This document shows positions 25,346 to 32,000 of a stretch of 32,000 nt of DNA, piece after piece. Source of the stretch: Acaryochloris marina S15 (GTDB lineage Bacteria; Cyanobacteriota; Cyanobacteriia; Thermosynechococcales; Thermosynechococcaceae); NCBI RefSeq assembly GCF_018336915.1, contig NZ_CP064923.1, forward strand, positions 4,260,001-4,292,000. The letters are read 5' to 3'. Below the pieces are notes generated by a model. It saw only the letters and a list, made by a program, of their open reading frames with translations. It was not told the origin of the DNA and searched no databases. A program made the position numbers and the translations under genes. The first letter of the stretch is position 1. Each line of letters begins with the position of its first letter.

Positions 25346-26407
25346 ATGCCTCTCACCCCCAACGTCACGACCGATATTTGTCCGCAACTGTATAGCGAAG
25401 TGATTGATGTGAGATCCCCCGCCGAATACGCGGAAGATCACCTCCCCGGTTCCATCAATTTGCCAGTTCTCAACGACCAGGAACGGGCTGAGGTGGGGAC
25501 GATATACAAGCAAGTATCGGCGTTTGTTGCCCGCAAGAAAGGGGCGGCTCTTGTATCCCAAAATCTCTCGTATCACCTCAGTCACCACTTTGCGGAGCAG
25601 CCCAAGGGGTATCACCCGTTAATTTACTGCTGGCGTGGGGGGCAGCGATCCCACAGTATGGCCCTGGTACTCACTCAGGTGGGATGGCGTACAACCCTTT
25701 TGAACGGGGGGTATAAGACCTATCGCACCTATGTAAGGGAACAGCTCGAGCAGGTGCCGTATCACTTTTCGTATCGCGTATTGTGCGGACTAACAGGCAC
25801 CGCCAAAACTGAGATTTTGCAGCGCTTAGCCCAAGCTCAGGTGCAGGTCTTGGATTTAGAAGGATTGGCTAACCATCGAGGCTCTCTGTTAGGGGCAGCA
25901 GAAACCTCTGCTCAGCCCTCCCAAAAGCAATTTGAATCGGATTTACTGTCGGCTCTACAAACCTTCGATACCGCTCAACCGGTTTGGATCGAGGCGGAAA
26001 GCAATAAAATCGGTGAACGCTTTGTCCCCAAGGCTCTTTGGGACCAAATGCAGGCCGCTCCTTGTGTCGAAGTCCAAGTCCCCATGAGCAGTCGAGTGGA
26101 CTGGTTGGTCACCCATTACGAACATTTCACCCATAATTCCGCTTTATTGAAAAACAAGCTGAATTTACTCCAACGTAGTTATAGCAAAGCCCAGCTCCAA
26201 CACTGGCATGACCTCATCGATCAGCAACAGTGGCCCGCGTTCGTCCAGTCTCTGTTGGAAGAGCATTATGACCCTGCCTATCGTCGATCCATGAAGCGCC
26301 AATATACCAACGTTCAGATGCAATACGAGCTGCCTGATTTAGCGGCGACTAGCTTGCAACAGTTGGTTCATCAACTCGCCGCAACACCACAGTTGGCCTG
26401 TCATTAG
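25346..26407 (+). CDS. selU: tRNA 2-selenouridine synthase (SelU/MnmH/YbbB): rhodanese domain plus P-loop domain
   Basis: The rhodanese part reads VIDVRSPAEYAEDHLPGSINLPVLNDQERAEVGTIYKQ, with the active-site loop IYCWRGGQRS. P-loop GLTGTAKT, LDLEGLANHRGS, and C-terminal LLEEHYDPAYRRS. This is collinear with E. coli SelU as I remember it. Confidence 0.85.
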   Translation: MPLTPNVTTDICPQLYSEVIDVRSPAEYAEDHLPGSINLPVLNDQERAEVGTIYKQVSAFVARKKGAALVSQNLSYHLSHHFAEQPKGYHPLIYCWRGGQRSHSMALVLTQVGWRTTLLNGGYKTYRTYVREQLEQVPYHFSYRVLCGLTGTAKTEILQRLAQAQVQVLDLEGLANHRGSLLGAAETSAQPSQKQFESDLLSALQTFDTAQPVWIEAESNKIGERFVPKALWDQMQAAPCVEVQVPMSSRVDWLVTHYEHFTHNSALLKNKLNLLQRSYSKAQLQHWHDLIDQQQWPAFVQSLLEEHYDPAYRRSMKRQYTNVQMQYELPDLAATSLQQLVHQLAATPQLACH

Positions 26408-26718
26408 TCAGTCCGCCTACGACGAACGTGTGAGCAAGATCATCTTCTATCGATGATTGAGATCATCCATTCGCTGTAATACACATCCTAGGATTGAACC
26501 AACTGCACAATTTATACCTCAACCCACAGTGACTCAGGGAAAGAGGTTGAGAGTCTGGGGGGTACAGTACGAGACTCTTGGGTTCTCCCATGATTGGCGC
26601 TGCGCTTAATGACTCAAGATATTAGGGATTAAATCCAACCTTTCTATCCAAACGGTGAACACCTCCGTTGCGAGGCTCGCCGAGTCCCTGATTTTTATCC
26701 AGATTATTTAAATCCATT

Positions 26719-27405
26719 ATGAATTATTCTGCGACCTTTCTCAGTTTGCTGAAAGACCGTCAATCCTTCCTGCAAGAAATTCACGATCGCAAACGGCTTA
26801 CAAGCAAGATTTCAGCTTTATTGCTCTGTAGCTTTTGTTGTTTTGCTATTTATGGGGGCATCGTAGGCTCTTTTCATAGCCCCATGCAGGCCGTGTCCTC
26901 TGCAGTGAAATTACCTGCCCTGTATCTGATTACCTTAGTAGTTTGTTTGCCTGCCCTCTACATTTTTAATGCTCTATTTGGCTCCCAGAAGACTTTGGCA
27001 CAGCACTTTACCTATGTCCTCAGTGCCGCCTCCGTCATCTCGATTCTGCTCTGTGGCTTTGCCCCTGTCACACTCTTTTTTGTGATTACCATTTCCCCCA
27101 TCAAAGACTATGCCTTTTATCAACTGCTCAACGTGGTCGTATTTGCCCTGACGGGGGTATTTGGGGTGACCTTTCTCTATCAGGCCATGCGGCCTGCAGA
27201 TGAAGATAGTGCCAACTACAAACTCCGACTCACAATCTTGAGATTATGGTTGGGGCTGTATGGGGTGGTGGGTAGCCAGTTGGGATGGATTCTGAGACCC
27301 TTCTTCGGTTCTCCTGGGCAGTTCGAATGGTTTCGGGCCCGGGAAGGCAATTTTCTAACCGGGGTTTGGAATGCTCTGGCGAATCTTCTGGGCAGTGCTG
27401 GATAG
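26719..27405 (+). CDS. Uncharacterised polytopic membrane protein (about 6 TM)
   Basis: 228 aa. A cytoplasmic N-terminus (LKDRQSFLQEIHDRKRL) is followed by hydrophobic helices (ISALLLCSFCCFAIYGGIVG; LPALYLITLVVCLPALYIF; VLSAASVISILLCGFAPVTLFFVI; YQLLNVVVFALTGVFGVTFLY; LWLGLYGVVGSQLGWIL). No family recognised with confidence. Confidence 0.7.
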   Translation: MNYSATFLSLLKDRQSFLQEIHDRKRLTSKISALLLCSFCCFAIYGGIVGSFHSPMQAVSSAVKLPALYLITLVVCLPALYIFNALFGSQKTLAQHFTYVLSAASVISILLCGFAPVTLFFVITISPIKDYAFYQLLNVVVFALTGVFGVTFLYQAMRPADEDSANYKLRLTILRLWLGLYGVVGSQLGWILRPFFGSPGQFEWFRAREGNFLTGVWNALANLLGSAG

Positions 27406-27407
27406 GG

Positions 27408-28097
27408 ATGATGACTCCAGCATTGGAAGATCTACGCATCTCTACCCTTGAAATTGAACGCCTCAGTGGTTTGGAGATTAGTGACCATATCCTTGATGGA
27501 TTTCTTTTGGGGACCTATCGGCTACCGTTACACGCTCCTGGCCGTCTACTAGTCGTCATCACAACGGAACCTTTAGTTCTGGGCCTCTTACTGATTTTTG
27601 CAACTCCTTTCGCTCTGGGGCTGGCCCGAGGCTCGGCTTCGGATCTGACAGTCTTGGTATGGATAGGTGCGATCGCACTTGGTCTCTGGATCATCCGCCA
27701 GGTCAGAATGTGGCTCAAAGCCCAGCATCTGCGTAGCTTGATGCGATTGCTCGATGAGGTAGATCATTACCATCAAGTTTTGCAGGCCGTCGATTTGTTT
27801 GAGCAGTTAGGGGGTGCCGAGCAAACCCAATCTACAATCGTGGAAGCTCTCAATAAAGCCCGAGAAAGTTTAATTGCGGGCCTGATGACCGAGAAAATCC
27901 TGCGGCAGAATCGGGGACTGCTCTCTCGTCGCCAAGCACTATTAGATAATATCGAGCAAAATCTGATGACCTTGCAGTCGATAGAACTCCAGCATCAGGC
28001 CCAAAACTACAGCGATATTTTGAATCAAGCCGTCGATATCAGTATCCGGGTGCAAGATGAGGTGACCCAACTTTCTCATCAAAACTCTAACGGCTGA
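27408..28097 (+). CDS. Uncharacterised protein: hairpin of two TM helices plus a long C-terminal helical / coiled-coil region
   Basis: I place the start at the ATG at 27408, 2 nt after the upstream stop; the track's 27285 start overlaps the upstream gene. TM segments are LLVVITTEPLVLGLLLIFATPFALGL and LTVLVWIGAIALGLWII, followed by the heptad-like RSLMRLLDEVDHYHQVLQAVDLFEQL...LLDNIEQNLMTLQSIELQHQ. Confidence 0.65.
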   Translation: MMTPALEDLRISTLEIERLSGLEISDHILDGFLLGTYRLPLHAPGRLLVVITTEPLVLGLLLIFATPFALGLARGSASDLTVLVWIGAIALGLWIIRQVRMWLKAQHLRSLMRLLDEVDHYHQVLQAVDLFEQLGGAEQTQSTIVEALNKARESLIAGLMTEKILRQNRGLLSRRQALLDNIEQNLMTLQSIELQHQAQNYSDILNQAVDISIRVQDEVTQLSHQNSNG

Positions 28098-28159
28098 TCT
28101 CCAAACTAAATCTGATAGCTTCGAAAGTGACTACGCTGTGTTCATTCACTGATCATTCC

Positions 28160-28609
28160 TTAGTTGCGGTCTGCATAAGGTGTACCACCGACATAAGTGG
28201 CAGGTTTATATCCTTTGACACCGGCTAGATTCGCATTTTGGATAGAGATACCCTGCATCTCAACACTATAAAGATGAGCCTCAGATAGATTCACTTGGTC
28301 AAGATTAGCGCCATTGAGACTGGCATTGGTCAAAAAGGCTTGGCTTAAATTAGCGCCTTGCAAATTAGCGTCCGTTAAGTCGGCTCCTTCCAGATTTGCT
28401 TCTACTAATTTGGCCCCTTGCAGATTTGCATTTCTGAGATCTGCGCCAATTAAATGAGCTTGGCTCAGATCTGCACCCGATAAATCACATCCTGAACATT
28501 TTTGGGTCACAAGAAGTTGTTGGACATGACCCGGTTGTTCTGCCAGGACTGGCCCAGAGACAGCCAACGTAGCAATGATGCTTAAAGCGGTGATGAAAGG
28601 CTGATTCAT
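28160..28609 (-). CDS. Signal-peptide-bearing pentapeptide-repeat protein (periplasm / thylakoid-lumen type)
   Basis: The ATG at 28609 is preceded by AAGGAG at -12..-7; the track's 28633 start lacks an SD. Signal peptide MNQPFITALSIIATLAVSGPVLA, a CSGC pair, then A(D/N)LxG repeats (ADLSQAHLIGADLRNANLQGAKLVEANLEGADLTDANLQGANLSQAFLTNASLNGANL). Confidence 0.85.
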   Translation of the reverse strand: MNQPFITALSIIATLAVSGPVLAEQPGHVQQLLVTQKCSGCDLSGADLSQAHLIGADLRNANLQGAKLVEANLEGADLTDANLQGANLSQAFLTNASLNGANLDQVNLSEAHLYSVEMQGISIQNANLAGVKGYKPATYVGGTPYADRN

Positions 28610-29150
28610 GGTGCTCTCCTTGCCACAATTCAATTGAACTAATCTTCAATAACTTCACCCTATGGGGAAGAAGTGAGGCTGTGATGATCCAATCCTTGAC
28701 GAGCACTACACATCTACTGAGAAAGTCCTGGGTATTTTCTGAGCAAACTGAGAAGTAGTAGCCCCTGTGCTAATCATTCCGGGGCAAAGTAATAACCACA
28801 TTGATCATGGCAATAAACGTTTATGGGCTAGTCACTTTAAGGTCGAGGCAAGGAAAGGGAACACAGAAACAAGTGACTCAATGAGAGCTGAATCCAAAGG
28901 CTTTGTGCCCAAATAAGCTAAAGTTTGCTTTAGCTTGTAAACTTTAGCTATAAGTAAGGTTTCTCTGATGAGTCACTGCACAAGCAGATGTTTAAGACTC
29001 ACACTTTAAGACCGCAAACCTATAGGCACAAATTTACTAAGGCTCTCAGTTGCTGCCCATTTGAAGTGTTCGATAGCGACGACAATAATCAAGGCCTGTT
29101 TCGTCTTTCTAGCAGACATGGGGGCTGACTCCCGCTATAACTGAGAGGAT

Positions 29151-31163
29151 TTACTGTAATTTCTTCAGCAGCTCACGGGTGATTCGATATCGTTTCGTAT
29201 CTCCTTGTTGCTGAAATAAGTCCTCTGCAATTTTCAGATCTTCAACCGCACCGGAAATATCATTCAGCTTACTTTTCGCACTGCCCCGGTTGTAGTAGCT
29301 ATCGGCAGGACTATCGCTATTTCCCCAACCCGAATTGATGGTTAGAGCTTGGGTATAGTCTTCAATAGCAGCTTTATATCGTTTGAGAGCATGTTTGGCC
29401 TTGCCACGGGCACTGTAGGCAAACGAACTTTGGGGATCTAGACGAATCGTTTCCGTGCAGTCTTTGATCGCCCCTTCCGGATCTTTTAACTTCAGTTTAG
29501 ATTCTCCTCGATTGCAATAGGCAAAAATATTCTGAGGATTAAGGCGAATGGCTTCAGTGAAGTCTTTAATGGCTAGACGGCTCTCGCCTAACTTATACCG
29601 TGCCACTCCCCGATTGTTATAGGCATCACCATTCTCAGGGTTGAGGCGAATGGTTTCTGAATAGTCTTCGATGGCTCCAGAATAATTGGTCAAAGCGGCT
29701 CTAGAAACACCTCGTTGTAGATAAGCTGGCTCATATTGGGGATTGAGACGAATGGCTTGGCTAAAGTCTTCCATAGCCGCCCGATGTTCCTTCAGAGCAG
29801 ATTTGACGTTGCCGCGATTATAAAAGGCTAAGACAAACTGGGGATTGGCTTGAATCGCTTGGTTGTAGTCTCGGATGGCTCCCTCAAAGTCTTTGCGGGC
29901 AAATTTGACATTACCACGGCCATTCAAAGCATAGACATAGCCTGGGTTATGCTTGAGGGCTTCCTCATAGTCTGCCAGGGCTTCTGTATATTGCTCTAAG
30001 GCGTACTTAGCATTCCCTCGGCCCATATAGGCTTGAGCATTGTCTGGGCTCAGACGAATGGCTTCGGCATAATCTGAGATCGCATCTTCGTAATCCCGCC
30101 GACTATACTTGGCATCTCCCCGACGAATAAAGGCTGTGGCGCTTTCTCCTGATGTTTTAGAGGAAGACATGCGGGTGGCAATCATGTAGGTGATACCAGA
30201 CAAACTGCCTAGGGTTAGGAATGCGATCGCAGTTCCAATCCAAATCTTCCGAGATGTACCCAGCTGACTAAATAAATTGGAAGAACTCGGGGAATGGCGA
30301 GAGATATCTGCTAGCGCCTCCTGAGCAGATTGATACCGCTGAAGGGGATCTGGCATCAGCAATTTTGTCAGGGTAGCCTGCAACTCAGGACTGGTCCCAG
30401 CCACCTGAGATGGCCACTGTTGAATCCAGTCCTGCCCTTGGGTCTGAGCAAGCTCCGAGGGAGAGATACCGCTAAGGAGATGAAAGCAGGTCGCTCCCAA
30501 TCCAAACAAATCACTGACGGGGCTGGCCTGGCCTTGGAGCTGCTCGGGAGGCCGATAGCCAATGGAACGACTGCTAGTTGGCTGCTGTAGGGCCTGATTT
30601 TCGTTGAGGAACTGGGCAATACCAAAATCAATCAGGATGTAGTGCCCCTGGGTATCTTGGAGAATGTTTTCTGGCTTTAGATCCCTGTGCACGACACCCT
30701 GGTCATGCACCACCTGCAACACCGGCAGCAAATCTAAGAGGAAATTGCGTACTTGGGCTTCGCTAAACGTTCCTTGCTTCAGCTGTTCGAGTAAGGTTTT
30801 TCCTTCAATTAACTGATGAACCAGATAGAGATACTCTCCTTCTTGAAAATAGGCTAGTAAATCCGGGAGTTGAGAATGATGGCCTAGAGTTTGGAGCTGT
30901 TTGGCTTCCGTTCGAAACAGTTGAACTGCATTTGGACTGGCACCTAATGCCTTCAAGGTTAATTGCTTAACAATGCATGGAGTATTGAGCTGGTCGACAT
31001 CCTCAGCCAGGTAGGTCTTCCCCCATCGTCCAGATCCGAGGGGTTTGACGATCTTGTAGTGTTTGTGAAGAAACGGGACTAGGGCCGTGCCACATTGCTG
31101 ACAATACTTGTGGGTGTCAGGGTTAAGGGGTTTGGTGCACTCAGGATTCAGACAACATGTCAT
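29151..31163 (-). CDS. Membrane-anchored Ser/Thr protein kinase: N-terminal 4-Cys zinc ribbon, Hanks kinase domain, TM, and about 8 TPR repeats
   Basis: CLNPEC...CQQCG zinc ribbon, G-loop LGSGRWGKTY, VKQL lysine, catalytic loop HRDLKPENIL, DFG, and GYRPPE. The TM is IWIGTAIAFLTLGSLSGITYMIA. Repeated AxxDYxEAIRLNPxxAxAYxxRGxxK TPR units follow. Confidence 0.9.
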   Translation of the reverse strand: MTCCLNPECTKPLNPDTHKYCQQCGTALVPFLHKHYKIVKPLGSGRWGKTYLAEDVDQLNTPCIVKQLTLKALGASPNAVQLFRTEAKQLQTLGHHSQLPDLLAYFQEGEYLYLVHQLIEGKTLLEQLKQGTFSEAQVRNFLLDLLPVLQVVHDQGVVHRDLKPENILQDTQGHYILIDFGIAQFLNENQALQQPTSSRSIGYRPPEQLQGQASPVSDLFGLGATCFHLLSGISPSELAQTQGQDWIQQWPSQVAGTSPELQATLTKLLMPDPLQRYQSAQEALADISRHSPSSSNLFSQLGTSRKIWIGTAIAFLTLGSLSGITYMIATRMSSSKTSGESATAFIRRGDAKYSRRDYEDAISDYAEAIRLSPDNAQAYMGRGNAKYALEQYTEALADYEEALKHNPGYVYALNGRGNVKFARKDFEGAIRDYNQAIQANPQFVLAFYNRGNVKSALKEHRAAMEDFSQAIRLNPQYEPAYLQRGVSRAALTNYSGAIEDYSETIRLNPENGDAYNNRGVARYKLGESRLAIKDFTEAIRLNPQNIFAYCNRGESKLKLKDPEGAIKDCTETIRLDPQSSFAYSARGKAKHALKRYKAAIEDYTQALTINSGWGNSDSPADSYYNRGSAKSKLNDISGAVEDLKIAEDLFQQQGDTKRYRITRELLKKLQ

Positions 31164-31390
31164 AAAGCTGCAATCTTTCGGGCTTCACGGGCCACAAGCT
31201 GTTGTCAAAGCATTTTTAGTATCGGCTAAAGACCTGACTGAGAGCAAACTCAATTCTCTGAAAAGTGAAAAATCCCAGCCCTTTCATCGGGTTTGCTGTA
31301 ATAGCTCAGTGCAAAAAGCAGTCAAACTCGGGACATGGAGATGTATCGCCAAAGACAATACATTGAGCATTGCGATAGCATCAAAAGTAA

Positions 31391-32000
31391 GGCACCTTCT
31401 CCAAGCACCATCCACAGGGAGACAAACCATTCACACTATCCATCATTACCGCCACCCATAACCGAGCGAGTCTCCTCCGGCATAACGCTTTAGCCAGCTT
31501 GCTGAAGCAATCTAGACTAGATTTTGAATGGGTCATCATCAACGACGGTAAAGATGAAACTACCCGTCATCTCATCCAATCCACTTCATTACCTTTTTCT
31601 CACCAATACTTAGAGATCGATCATCCTGTAGAAGATTTTGGTCTCTGTATTGCTCGCAATCTGGGGATTGAAATCGCCTCTAGTAAATATGTTTGCTACC
31701 TCGACGATGACAATAGCTTTCGTCCTACTTTTGTTGCCACAGTCCTCAACTGGATAGAACAGTATCCCCATAGTCGATTTATTTTGCCCCAGCAGTGGCG
31801 TCGCAGAGATGTAATCAAGAATGGGCAAATTATCAAGCAAGGCAAACCCTTTATTTCTCCCAGTGCTGACGCAACCCTAAATGCTCTGGTGAGTCAGAAA
31901 TCACTATTTGATAGCAACGGCTTTGTCCATCGTCAAATCAATTCACTGTGCTGGAATCCCCATTACAGAGTCTTCTGTGATTATGAGTTTTTTCTTCAGT
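31391..32000 (+). CDS. Family-2 glycosyltransferase (GT-A fold), truncated by the window end; no canonical in-frame start, possibly frameshifted
   Basis: The open frame from 31391 to the window end reads ...KPFTLSIITATHNRASLLRHNALASLLKQSRLDFEWVIINDGKDETTRHLI...GLCIARNLGIEIASSKYVCYLDDDNSF. This carries the GT2 N-terminal and DxD (DDD) motifs. The frame opens after a TAA at 31388-31390 and has no ATG/GTG/TTG before the conserved SIITATHN block. Confidence 0.6.

Noticed and set aside
25301-25615. 104-aa minus-strand ORF.
   Set aside because: It is antisense to the 5' part of selU, which encodes the conserved rhodanese domain.
27285-27407. Upstream extension of the second membrane-module gene (track start 27285), which would overlap the first gene by 121 nt.
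   Set aside because: The extension is the out-of-frame translation of the first gene's last TM region. The ATG at 27408, 2 nt after the upstream stop, gives a sensible N-terminus.
31108-31461. 117-aa plus-strand ORF spanning the kinase start and the kinase/GT2 intergenic region.
   Set aside because: Its 5' end is antisense to the kinase zinc-ribbon codons and its translation has no recognisable features. It is noted only because it and another frame overlap the start-less GT2 gene.
31610-31840. 76-aa minus-strand ORF.
   Set aside because: It is antisense to the GT2 coding frame, which carries the DxD and other family motifs.

Overview
This looks like a cyanobacterial chromosomal segment. 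Ten copies of the HIP1 palindrome GCGATCGC are present, along with a PTOX-type oxidase, an mntCAB operon, pentapeptide-repeat proteins and a CCB-like protein.

Gene content, left to right:
- Truncated PTOX gene, divergent from an HxlR-type regulator.
- Orphan family-3 amino-acid-binding protein.
- Minus-strand mntC-mntA-mntB Mn ABC importer, followed by a pentapeptide-repeat gene.
- Compact cobalamin-riboswitch-like element (about 6165-6267, +) with no recognisable B12-related gene behind it.
- CDF metal transporter.
- Soluble dual-GAF hybrid histidine kinase.
- 790-bp AT-rich spacer.
- Translationally coupled CCB-like and DUF456 membrane gene pair.
- Intact IS1634-type insertion sequence with a 7-bp target duplication.
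- 6.1-kb gene for a 2041-aa secreted-type repeat protein: 6 PPC-like units, about 9 Calx-beta units and C-terminal RTX repeats, encoded by near-identical 336-bp and 393-bp tandem DNA repeats.
- GNAT / methyltransferase / GNAT trio.
- Secreted TPR protein.
- tRNA 2-selenouridine synthase.
- Tightly coupled pair of uncharacterised membrane proteins.
- Signal-peptide pentapeptide-repeat protein.
- Zn-ribbon Ser/Thr kinase with TM and TPR regions.
- Truncated family-2 glycosyltransferase that lacks an in-frame start codon.

I saw no tRNA, rRNA or CRISPR array.

The most checkable oddities are the orphan B12 riboswitch, the HIP1-free IS plus giant-adhesin block, the pentapeptide gene attached to mntCAB, and the unknown two-gene membrane module. 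All family assignments come from reading motifs in the translations by eye; no database search was possible.
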